A stretch of DNA of 32,000 nt, taken from assembly GCF_000146505.1 (NCBI RefSeq), contig NC_017448.1:3090001-3122000 (forward strand), read 5' to 3'. Shown piece by piece: positions 1 to 10,200 of the stretch (within the stretch, counting starts at the first letter, position 1; every line of letters begins with the position of its first letter). The stretch is from Fibrobacter succinogenes subsp. succinogenes S85. GTDB lineage: Bacteria > Fibrobacterota > Fibrobacteria > Fibrobacterales > Fibrobacteraceae. Made by a program: the position numbers and the translations under genes. The notes under the pieces are model-generated. The model was not told the origin of the DNA and did no database searches. It saw only the letters and a program-made list of their open reading frames with translations.

Positions 1-177
1 CGTAACATTGCGGTTTCGGGGCTTTCTGGAAATCGACCGGTGCTCGTGATGGATATGCAGGGGCGCTTGGTGAAGTCCGTCCGTGCGCATGGCCCGTCGG
101 TGAATATTGCAGTCCCGAGGGCAGGGCGCTACATCGTCCGCAGTGGCTCGCAGGCAAGGGTTGTGACTGTAAGGTAG
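1..177 (+). CDS. 3' end of a secreted protein (partial, starts upstream of window); T9SS-type C-terminal sorting domain
   Basis: The frame is open from the window edge to TAG at 175-177. The tail ...PVLVMDMQGRLVKSVRAHGPSVNIAVPRAGRYIVRSGSQARVVTVR has the same strand pattern as the C-terminus of the 2204-4120 product (VQVFDLTGHLV...GNYLVRVES...ARIAVK). That pattern is typical of Por/T9SS type-A C-terminal domains. Confidence 0.55.
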   Translation, partial: RNIAVSGLSGNRPVLVMDMQGRLVKSVRAHGPSVNIAVPRAGRYIVRSGSQARVVTVR

Positions 178-255
178 TGCTGGATTGCTTAGATGGAGAT
201 GCCCGTTTGGTGGCGGGCATGACAAGAAGCATCCTACTAAAAATGTAAGCATCCA

Positions 256-290
256 CCCTTTGACGAATCAAAGGGGGATTTCTATTTTTT
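256..290 (+). terminator. Rho-independent terminator candidate
   Basis: Stem ccctttga (256-263), loop cgaa, stem tcaaaggg (268-275), followed by a T-rich tract ending tttttt at 290. Confidence 0.6.
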
Positions 291-392
291 ACATAGTTCT
301 AAAAAACAAAAAAACAACTACGTTTCGAATCCGGACTAGCTGAAAGGCAGCGACGATGACCCCGGTAAGAGGCGCTTCTATAGGATTGACCT

Positions 393-2102
393 ATGACTCT
401 TATGATTCTCAAGATGATCGGTTGCCTTGCTCTCCTCATGTTTGGCATGAAGACGATGAGTGAAGGCTTGCAAAAGCTTACTGGTGGACATCTCCGTACT
501 GTTCTTGGAACTATGACCAAGCATAGGCTTGGTGGACTTCTTACGGGTACTGCCGTTACTGCTGCTGTGCAGTCTTCGACTGCGACTACCGTCATGACTG
601 TTAGTTTTGTGAACGCTGGCTTGCTTACTCTTAGGCAGGCCATTCCTGTTATTATGGGCGCAAATATCGGTACGACGGCAACGGCTTGGCTCATGTCAAT
701 CTTCGGATTCCAGTTCAACATGAGTAGCGTGGTGTGGCCGTTCTTTGCGCTTGGCATTGTGCTTACCTACGTCCGTAAGAATAGCGTCAAGAGCTTTGGC
801 GAATTTGTGTTCGGATTCTCGTTTATGTTCCTCGGGCTCACGACGCTCCGTGAAAACGCGGTGGCGATGGACCTTTCGCATAACCAGACGATTATTGATT
901 TCTTTGCCTCGACGGGCGGCTACGGCATCTGGAGCACGCTTTTGTTCTTGCTCTTGGGCGGTATCCTTACGATGTGCGTGCAGTCTTCGGCGGCCATCAT
1001 GGCGATTACGCTTATCCTCTGCTCTAGTGGCGTGCTCCCGATTTACCAGGGCATTGCGCTTGTGATGGGCGAAAACATCGGTACGACGGTGACCTCGAAC
1101 CTGGCGGCGTTATCGGCAAGTACGCAGGCTAGGCGCGCGGCTTTGGCGCACATGCTCTTCAACGTGTTCGGTGTGGTGTGGGTGCTGATTTTGTTCCACC
1201 CGTTTGTGAACATGGTTTGCCATTTTGTTGGCTTTGACCCTAATTTTGTGCCGCAAACTCAAGAAGAAATCGCCCATGCAAGTGTGCGTGTGACGTATGC
1301 ACTTTCTGGATTCCACACGGCATTTAACCTGTGCAATGTGCTCTTGTTGATTTGGTTCATTAAGCCGATGGAAAATCTCATTTGCAAGATCATCAAGGAA
1401 AAGGACGACGGCGAAGATTTCCGTATCAAGTTTATCAGCGGTGGCCTCATGAGTACGGCAGAACTTTCGCTCTTTGAAGCCCGCAAGGAAATTAACGTTT
1501 TTGCAGAACGCACTCTCAAGATGTTCCGCTTCTTGCCGGACCTCCTCAAGATGAAAAATGAAGAGGACTTTGTAAAGCTGTTCGCCCGCATCGAAAAGTA
1601 CGAAGGTATCAGCGACAGATTTGAAATTGAAATTGGTGAATACTTGAACAAGGTCAGCGGCGGTCGCTTGAGTATCGAAAGTAAGACGATGTTGCAGTGC
1701 ATGCAGAAGGAAATTTCTGAAATCGAAAGTATCGGCGATGCTTGCTACAACATGGCTCGCGCCATCAACCGCAAGTTCCATCTTGAGGAAGATTTTACCG
1801 AGGAACAGTACAGCCGCATAGAAAACATGATGAAACTTTGCGACCAGGCGCTAGTGCAGATGGTGGATGTTATCGAGGACAAGCCGCATACGAAGGCTTC
1901 GAATACGATGACGCTTGAATTTGAAATCAACGATTACCGCAAGATGCTCAAGGACTTGAATATCGAAGATATCAATGCGCAGCGCTACAGCTACCAGATA
2001 GGCGTGCATTACATGGATGTGGTGAACGACTGCGAAAAGCTGGGGGACTACGTGGTGAATGTCGTCGAAGCGCATGTGAACCACAGATTGCTCGGAAAGT
2101 AA
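393..2102 (+). CDS. Na+/phosphate cotransporter family protein (NptA-like membrane domain plus C-terminal PhoU-like helical domain)
   Basis: 569-aa ORF. The N-terminal half is polytopic with duplicated GANIGTT / GENIGTTVT motifs, which are characteristic of Na/Pi cotransporter (PF02690) repeats. The soluble C-terminal half is helical and PhoU-like. Confidence 0.88.
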   Translation: MTLMILKMIGCLALLMFGMKTMSEGLQKLTGGHLRTVLGTMTKHRLGGLLTGTAVTAAVQSSTATTVMTVSFVNAGLLTLRQAIPVIMGANIGTTATAWLMSIFGFQFNMSSVVWPFFALGIVLTYVRKNSVKSFGEFVFGFSFMFLGLTTLRENAVAMDLSHNQTIIDFFASTGGYGIWSTLLFLLLGGILTMCVQSSAAIMAITLILCSSGVLPIYQGIALVMGENIGTTVTSNLAALSASTQARRAALAHMLFNVFGVVWVLILFHPFVNMVCHFVGFDPNFVPQTQEEIAHASVRVTYALSGFHTAFNLCNVLLLIWFIKPMENLICKIIKEKDDGEDFRIKFISGGLMSTAELSLFEARKEINVFAERTLKMFRFLPDLLKMKNEEDFVKLFARIEKYEGISDRFEIEIGEYLNKVSGGRLSIESKTMLQCMQKEISEIESIGDACYNMARAINRKFHLEEDFTEEQYSRIENMMKLCDQALVQMVDVIEDKPHTKASNTMTLEFEINDYRKMLKDLNIEDINAQRYSYQIGVHYMDVVNDCEKLGDYVVNVVEAHVNHRLLGK

Positions 2103-2110
2103 TCGGAATG

Positions 2111-2145
2111 GAGCCGCAGGGAATGCGGCTCTTTCAATATTTTTA
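2111..2145 (+). terminator. Rho-independent terminator candidate
   Basis: Stem gagccgca (2111-2118), loop gggaa, stem tgcggctc (2124-2131), then tttcaatattttta. Confidence 0.65.
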
Positions 2146-2203
2146 TATTTGCAATTTAGTAGGTGACCTTGGCCCTTTTTAGGGGCGAAAAATGGAGGGC
2201 TGT

Positions 2204-4120
2204 ATGAAAAAATTCATGGCGTTGGCTTTTGCCTTGTTCTTTGCGGTAGCAAATGCCGCTGAAACGTATGAGGCTTCGGAAAAAATCACGCAAGAAATTC
2301 TGGCGGGGGAAGGCAAATTTACTCAGACCGTGAATGCGGGTGATGAAATTGCTTCGATTAAGATTTGGTATCACGGTATGGATGAAAACAAACATCAATC
2401 GGGTAACATTTCTGAGATTGGCTTGACGGAAAAATGGACTGGCTCTGTTTGTGAAATTTCTGGGAAGATTGACAGGGATCTTATTACCCAAACGGTCAAG
2501 GCTTATATTTTAGTCCAAGACGACGAAGGCAAGTTCGCCAAGACAGAATTCGAGTTCACTGTGCTGGAAAAAGAAGAAACGTTGTCTTTAAAATGGAATG
2601 AAAGTAGCGGTGACGTGAATCAGGAAGTCACTGCGGGTAAGTCTATTACACCTATCGTTTTCGATTACGAGGGAATAACAAGTTATAGCGTGAGTGGACT
2701 CCCATCTGGACTTGTAAAGAATATTGATGAAAAAAAACATAAAATCATGATTGTCGGCTCTGTAAATAGCGATGTAATGTCTGGTGATTATGAATACAAA
2801 GTCACTGTTAAGAACGACCAAGGCGATGAAAAGAGCATGTCGGGAACGATTGTTGTGAAAAGTGGCAAGGCTCGCACATCAATAAAGCTTGTTAGTGAAA
2901 AAGCAAGACAGGAAGTCCTGGCGGGCAATGAGATTGAGCCTGTCGTGTTCGAGTTTGCAAATGTTCGTGACGATGAAAGTTTATCTTCATTTAAGTTCGA
3001 AGGATCGTTAAAAGGATTGTTTGCGTATAGTGTAGAAGGAAATAAGCTCACGTGCAGTGGAACTGTTGATGAGAATTTGAAGGGTGGATTATACACGATA
3101 AGAATTATTGCAATTGGTGAAAATAACAATGATACCGCTTTTGCAAACGTTGATGTGATTCATAAGTCTGTCGTGACGAGTGTATCTGTTGTTGAAAATG
3201 AAACGCAGACGGTGACCGCCGGCGATTCGATCGAACCGATTGTGTTCAAGTTCGAAAATGTCGTAAAAATTGAAAGCGTTACCGGCTTCCCGGGCGGCTT
3301 CAAGGCTGAGGTTGATAACGCTACTAAATCGGTGATTGTTTTTGGTTTGGTGAGCGAAGATTCTAAGGGCCCATATACGGTTAAGCTCTCTGTGAACGGT
3401 AGTGATAATGATGCCTCTGCCGAGGCTACGATCAATGTCACTCCTGTGAAACTGAAGTTCGAACTTGTCGAAGGTAGTGATGACCAAACGGTTGTTGCCG
3501 GTGAAGCGATTACCCCGATTGTCTATGCGTACGATCATGTGAAATTTATTAACGGTAAGGGATTCCCTGCTGATTTGAAGGTGGAGCAAGATAAAGAAAA
3601 CAAGCTGATCAAGATTTCTGGTACGGTGAACTCCAAAGCGGCTGCCAAGGAATACGTTTATACGTTTGAACTGACGGATGTCTATTCTGAAAAGACGACG
3701 GTATCGGGAAAGATCAATGTCGTTGCTGCTTCGTCCAGCTCTAGTGTTGTGACATCCTCGAGTTCTGTGGCATCGTCTTCGAGCCACGCAACGGAATCCA
3801 GCAGCAGTGTAGTGAAATCCTCTTCCAGCTCTAGCGAAAAGGCCGAATCCTCTTCGAGCGAAAAGACCATTAAGATTGTGACGGTGGCAATGAACGGCGT
3901 GAAGTTTGGCTATGCAAACAATGCGCTGACGGTTTCGTTGCCGGCATCTTCGATGGTGCGTGTGCAGGTGTTCGACTTGACCGGTCATCTGGTCGAAACG
4001 TTTGCGGAACCTGTGAATGGCACAAAGAGCATTAGCCTCGCTCATTTGAACCGAGGCAATTATCTGGTGCGAGTCGAAAGCAATAGCATGGTTCGTACCG
4101 CAAGAATTGCCGTGAAGTAA
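2204..4120 (+). CDS. Secreted cell-surface protein: about six Ig-like (He_PIG/dystroglycan-type) repeats, Ser-rich linker, T9SS C-terminal sorting domain
   Basis: The ORF opens at 2192, but the preferred start is ATG 2204 (MKKFMALAFALFFAVANA signal peptide, GGAGGG just upstream). It has repeated ~90-aa modules of the form Q.VTAG..I.PIVF...(SGLPSGL)...G.Y.Y.V. The linker is poly-Ser (SSSSSVVTSSSSVASSSS...). The C-terminus VRVQVFDLTGHLV...RGNYLVRVESNSMVRTARIAVK matches the Por_Secre_tail pattern. Confidence 0.85.
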   Translation: MKKFMALAFALFFAVANAAETYEASEKITQEILAGEGKFTQTVNAGDEIASIKIWYHGMDENKHQSGNISEIGLTEKWTGSVCEISGKIDRDLITQTVKAYILVQDDEGKFAKTEFEFTVLEKEETLSLKWNESSGDVNQEVTAGKSITPIVFDYEGITSYSVSGLPSGLVKNIDEKKHKIMIVGSVNSDVMSGDYEYKVTVKNDQGDEKSMSGTIVVKSGKARTSIKLVSEKARQEVLAGNEIEPVVFEFANVRDDESLSSFKFEGSLKGLFAYSVEGNKLTCSGTVDENLKGGLYTIRIIAIGENNNDTAFANVDVIHKSVVTSVSVVENETQTVTAGDSIEPIVFKFENVVKIESVTGFPGGFKAEVDNATKSVIVFGLVSEDSKGPYTVKLSVNGSDNDASAEATINVTPVKLKFELVEGSDDQTVVAGEAITPIVYAYDHVKFINGKGFPADLKVEQDKENKLIKISGTVNSKAAAKEYVYTFELTDVYSEKTTVSGKINVVAASSSSSVVTSSSSVASSSSHATESSSSVVKSSSSSSEKAESSSSEKTIKIVTVAMNGVKFGYANNALTVSLPASSMVRVQVFDLTGHLVETFAEPVNGTKSISLAHLNRGNYLVRVESNSMVRTARIAVK

Positions 4121-4216
4121 GGAAACGCCCAGTCACGTCGTGCTGACGGTCAAAGGGAGAAAATTCCAGTGACTTTTAAAATAGCCCGTGAGCAGGAGCG
4201 GCAGAATAACCCTAAT

Positions 4217-4247
4217 AATAGCCCATTTGGGCTATTTATTTTTTTTT
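4217..4247 (+). terminator. Rho-independent terminator
   Basis: Stem aatagccc (4217-4224), loop attt, stem gggctatt (4229-4236), then a long T run to 4247. Confidence 0.75.
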
Positions 4248-4299
4248 ACCTCTTTTTTAAATTTGACGCGAATTAACATAAAATGGGATGCTTTACCCT

Positions 4300-7200
4300 A
4301 TGAAAAACATCAAAATATTCGCATTTTTGGCAATTTTCCTCCTTTCTGCGTTCGTTTCGAGCGCGTGGGCAGTGGATGTCACCTTGACTTACAAAATTTC
4401 AGTGACAGGCACTATTCCACATGCCTATATTACCAACGCGGACGGTGAAACCGCTTGCGATTGGGCGAATGGCATAGGCGTCCTTTGGCCTGCGAACGAA
4501 GGGCACACCATGAACGATGGTTATGGCATCACTTTCACGCCCAATCAAGAATTGGACAAGACCAACAAAAACGAAAAAGGAAACAAAGTCTCGACTGCTT
4601 TCAGCACCGAAGAAAAAGAAACGGATTTCCAGGTGAAGGTGGGCAAAGAGGGCTTTTACTTAAAAAGCGTGACGTTCAAGGAAAATAATACTGTGAAAGC
4701 GTCTTCCCCCTCCAACATCGCCCCAAACTCAACCTCCATCGGAGTGAGGGTTCCGGCAAACAAGTTCTTCAACTACATCACCGTGGTGCTGACGGTCGAT
4801 GCCTATACCGTGAGTGTACCTGAAAATCTTACCATCAGCGACGCTTTTGCGACTATCAGCGGTGTCAATTACTACAAGTCCGGCGAAAAGTACACCCTGA
4901 CGCTCTCCACGACAAACGCAAACGAAATTATAGACGGAATTACCGGTGTCAAAGCAACGCTTGAAGCCGACAAAAAATCCGCCACTTTCAAGATGCCGAG
5001 CGAAGATGTTACCATCATGGCTACGACTGCCGAGGTGTATACTGTGAGTGTACCTGAAAATCTTACCATCAGCGACGCTTTTGCGACTATCAGCGGTGTC
5101 AATTACTACAAGTCTGGCGAAAAGTACACCCTGACGCTCTCCACGACAAACGCAAACGAAATTATAGACGGAATTACCGGTGTCGAAGCAACGCTTGAAG
5201 CCGACAAAAAATCCGCCACTTTCAAGATGCCGAGCGAAGATGTTACAATCACGGCGACTATCGCTTCTATTGTTAAAGAATGGGACAACGGTGACGGTAC
5301 CAAAGAAAGCCCCTATAAAATTACCTCCGTTGAGGACTTGAACACCCTTGCAGAACGTGTGAACGCTGGCAATGATTTCAAGGGCAAATATTTCAAGCTT
5401 ACCACCGATATCGAATACTCTCACAAAACCAAGTGGGAAAATGCATCCTCCAGTACCGAGCATAATTTCACCCCAATCGGCATCTACGATGATTATTCAG
5501 GTTACACATATACGTTCAATGGCATATTTGATGGTGATGGCAAAACCATCCGCGGAATCCGCATCAATTCTGATGAGTATTTTTCTCGTGTAGGTCTTTT
5601 TGGCTTTCTTGGCGGGGATGCAGAAGTCAAGAATCTAAGAGTAGCTGATGCAGTCATTTCTGCTTACGAAGAGGTCGGCACTATTGCGGGACATAATGAA
5701 GGCAAAATTCGTGACTGTATTGTAGACTCCGTTTTATTCAAAAATGTTCAGCGTATGTGTGGCGGCATAGCGGGTTATAATCAAGGAACACTCAGCGGTA
5801 ACTTAGTAATCCGCGTTACCATTTCCACCGGAAGTGGTTACGGTGCCGTTGCGGGCATTAACAGCAGTGGTCGCCTAAGTAATAATTTCTACACCGCCTG
5901 TACTTTTGCCGGAGTTGAGAATGCAACCAACGTCGGCACTGCTGATGAAAAAGCGTTCTATCAGCATCAACAAGTCTCCTACGACGTTACAGATGACAAC
6001 GGTGCCGTAAGTATTCACGCAGTCACCCTCGGCGAAGGCATATCTATCACAAGTCCTAAAAGCCCGATTTACACGGACAATGACAAAAACGCCTACTACA
6101 TGGCTGGCGAAATCTGCACCATCACCGTTGCAAACGAAGACGGCATCATTGAAAAAATTACCGGCGTAACGGCTTCCAACGAGAACGTAACAATGAACCT
6201 CGCTGCCGACAAAAAATCCGCAACATTCACGATGCCGAGCGAAAACGTTACAATCACCGCCGAATTCCCCTCGACTGTCGTTGGTTATACGGTGAGCGTG
6301 CCTGGAGATTTAACCATCAGCGACGCTTTTGCGACCATTGAAGGTGTCGATTACTACAAGGTTGGCGAGACATACACCCTGACAGCCAAGGAAAATGAAA
6401 TCATAAATACGATTACCGGCGTAACGGCTTCCAACGAGACCGTAACGATAAAACTCGCTGCCGACTTTAAAACCGCCACTTTCGAGATGCCGGGCGAAGA
6501 TGTTACCATCACGGCTACGACTGCCGAGGTGTATACCGTGAGTGTTCCTGAAAATCTTACCATCAGCGACGCTTTTGCGATCATTGAAGGTGTCAATTAC
6601 TACAAGGTTGGCGAGACATACACCCTGACAGCCAAGGAAAATGAAATCATAAATACGATTACCGGCGTAACGGCTTCCAACGAGACCGTAACGATAAACC
6701 TCGCTGCCGACAAAAAATCCGCAACATTCACGATGCCGAGCGAAAACGTTACCATCACGGCTACGACTGCCGAGGTGTATACCGTGAGTGTTCCTGAAAA
6801 TCTTACCATCAGCGACGCTTTTGCGATCATTGAAGGTGTCAATTACTACAAGGTTGGCGAGACATACACCCTGACGCTCTCCAATGCAAAAGTAAATGGA
6901 TTTATCGATGGAATTACCGGTGTAACAGCCACCATTGCTGCCGACCGAAAATCTGCCACCTTTACGATGCCGAGCGAAAATGTCGAAATGTCAGCCTCGA
7001 TTTCCAAAATATGGGGCGGGGATGACGGCAGGGATGGTTCCAAGGAACACCCCTACACTATCGCCTCTGTATCGGAGCTGAATGAGCTTGCATTGGTTGT
7101 CAATTCTGGCAATGATTTCAAGGACATGTACTTCGAAGTTGTCGAGGACATTGTTTACGATGTTACCCAAACAGACAACGGAAACAACTACACCGCAATC

Positions 7201-10200
7201 GGAGATAGTAAACATCCATTCAATGGCAAGTTCAATGGCAATGGCCATACTATCAGCGGCATCCGCATCTACAAACCCAATGGCTATAATCAAGGACTTT
7301 TCGGTTGGCTCGGCGAAGGTGCCGAAGTCGAGAATGTCAAACTCGCCGATGTAGAAATTACGGCAGAGCAAGTTTCTGGCGGTATTGCAGGGGCGAACGA
7401 CCGCGGCTCGATCCGCAACTGCACTGTAGAAAAATCTGTTAAAATCGTATTCACGGGCAATTCTTTCGGCGGCATAGTGGGTAATAATACCGGTACGGTA
7501 TCGGGCTGTACCAGTTCCGCTACGCTGATATCCCTGGGCGTTTCTCATGATATCGGCGGCATAGCGGGTGATAATGCAGCAGGCGGTGTTTTGAAAGACA
7601 ACCTAGTCATAGGGGCCTATGTTCTTACAACCTCATCCCGTCTCGGAACCATAGTTGGCAATAATGATGAAGGAACTCTGAATAACAACTTCTACATAGC
7701 CTGTACTGTGGCTGGCGTGGAGAACGCTACCAATGTCGGTACCGGTCACGGTGACGTTACGGAAAACAACGGTGCCGTAAGCATTCACGCCGTTACCCTC
7801 GGTGAAGGTTTTTCTATCGTAACTCCAGAAAAATCCATCTATACGGACAATGACCGGCACAATTACTACAAGGCTGGCGAAACGCTCACCCTCGAAATCA
7901 ATTTTGCTGGCGAAAAAAAGACCGCCACTTTCAATATGCCGAACAGGGATGTCGAAATCGCTGCAACGGCTTCTGAACTCCATACGGTGACTGTTCCTGA
8001 AGGTTTTGATATCAGTGAACCGTACCTCACTATTGGTGGAATCAAATACTACAGGCTTGGCGAAACATACACCCTGACGCTTACTACCGCAAAAATCGAT
8101 GAGGTCATAGGTGAAATTACCGGCGTAACGGCCTCTATTGCAAACGATGGAAAATCCGCCACCTTCACGATGCCGAGCGAAAATGTCGAAATCTCCGCTA
8201 CGATTTCCAAAATATTATGGGGCGGGGATGACGGCAGGGATGGTTCCAAGGAACACCCCTATACTATCGCTTCGGCAGCGGAACTGAGTGTGCTTGCTTT
8301 GGCAGTCAATTCCGGCAATGATTTCAAGGACACGTACTTCGAGGTTGTCGAGGACATTGTTTACGATGTTACCCAAACTGACAACGGAAACAACTACACC
8401 GCAATCGGAAATGAAAAGCTTCCATTCAATGGCAAGTTCAATGGCAATGGCCATACTATCAGCGGCATCCGCATCAACAAACCCAAAGACTATTATCAAG
8501 GACTTTTCGGTTATCTCGACGAAGGTGCCGAAGTCGAGAATGTCAAAGTCGCCGATGTAGAAATTACGGCAAACCATTATGCTGGCGGTATTGCGGGGGA
8601 AAGCAAGGGCTCGATCCGCAACTGCACTGTAGAAAAATCTGTTAAATTGGCTGCCACTGGCATGGATAGTAGATTTTTCGGCGGCATAGCGGGTGTTAAT
8701 GGCGGTACTGTATCGGGTTGTACCAGTTCCGCTACGCTGACTGCCACGGGCGTGGATAGTAGATTTTTCGGCGGCATCGTGGGTGATAACGGCGGTACGG
8801 TATCGGGTTGTACCAGTTCCGCTACGCTAACGGGCTCGGGTTATGATCGTGAATTCGGCGGCATCGTGGGTCAAAATGGCGGTACGGTATCGGGTAATAC
8901 CAGTTCCGCCACGCTGACTACCACGGGCGTGGATAGTAGATTTTTCGGCGGCATCGTGGGTCACAGTTGGAAGGGTTTTATCAGTAACAACATTGCAAAA
9001 AATGTCACGGTTTCTGCACCAGAATATTATGGCGCCGTGGTTGGAGAAACTGAAAACTCTAAACTTGAGAACAACTTCTACACCGCTTGCACCGTGAATG
9101 GCGTGGAAAATGCCACTAACGTTGGTGTTGACGGTAGCGACGTTACTGAAAACTACGGCGCTGTCGGCATTAGTTTCACCGAGCCTGCTGCTGTAAAGGA
9201 CCTTGTCTATAACAAGTTGTCGCATGAACTTGTAACGGCAGGCAAGACCAACTTCGGAATGTTGCTTTACAGCCTCGATGGTGAAAATTACGGCACCGAA
9301 ATCCCCACCGCCACCGATGCAAAAACTTATACCGTCTATTATAGGGTGGACAAAGACGGCGAAAATGTGATTTTGCCGCGAACAATCAAAGTGTCTATCG
9401 CCAAGATTCCGCTCACCGTCACCGCCAAGAACAAAATCATCGTCTACGGCGATGAACCTGCAAATGACGGCGTGGAATACAGCGGCTTTATCGGTGATGA
9501 AACCGCAAGTGTTCTGGGTGGTAAGCTCACGTATAGCTACAACTACAAAAAGCTCGACAAAGTCGGCGAATATACGATTACGCCAAGTGGATTGACCTCC
9601 GGCAACTACGAGATTACTTATGCCGCAGGCACGCTGACAGTCAAGAAGGCTGATGTCTCCGTGGAAGCTCTGGCAGCCAAGGAAAAGCTCGTTTACAACG
9701 GCAAAGCCCAGGAACTTGTAACGGCAGGCAAGACCAACTTCGGCACATTGCTTTACAGCCTCGATGGTAAGAAGTATTCTTCTGAAATCCCAGCCGCCAC
9801 GGACGCAAAGACCTATACCGTCTATTACAAGGTCGAAGGAAGTGACAACTGGAATGCGTACGAGGCGAAAAAGGTCGAAGTGAAAATCGCAAAGGCTGAT
9901 GTCTCCGTGGATGCTCCGGTTGCCAAGGAAAAGCTCGTTTACAGCGGTAAATCTCAGGAACTTGTAACGGCGGGCAAGACCAACTTCGGCACATTGCTTT
10001 ACAGCCTCGATGGTAAGAAGTATTCTTCTGAAATCCCAACTGCTACGGACGCAAAGACCTATACCGTCTATTACAAGGTCGAAGGAAGTGACAACTGGAA
10101 CGCATTCGAAGCGAAAAAGGTTGAAGTGGTAATTGCGAAATCTACAGCTATCGGGCACATGAACACGCGTGCGGCCAGGGTCATAAAAGTGGGCGCAGAT

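Noticed and set aside
199-220. Hairpin atgcccg-tttggtgg-cgggcat after the first CDS, considered as a terminator
   Set aside because: The stem is only 7 bp with an 8-nt loop and no following T run. The hairpin at 256-290 is the better terminator candidate.
315-345. tRNA-like T-loop word (tttcgaatcc)
   Set aside because: No flanking stems can form a T-arm, acceptor arm or anticodon arm, and it is preceded by a poly-A/C tract. It is a chance match in the 5' region of the Na/Pi transporter gene.
4188-4448. 86-aa ORF overlapping the start of the giant gene. The 60-aa ORF at 13258-13440 (-) and the 104-aa ORF at 31290-31604 (-) are similar cases.
   Set aside because: They span terminators or intergenic AT-rich sequence, or lie antisense to a better-supported gene. 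They have no RBS, and their composition is implausible (Phe/Leu/Ile/Lys-rich from AT-rich DNA).
4801-10140. Regularly spaced 234/246-nt direct repeats, and the 7-nt arrays at 22819 and 30003, considered as possible CRISPR arrays
   Set aside because: The long repeats are contiguous, with no unique spacers, and lie in-frame inside one long ORF with clear protein-module structure. The heptamers are far too short and also have no spacers. No cas genes are present.
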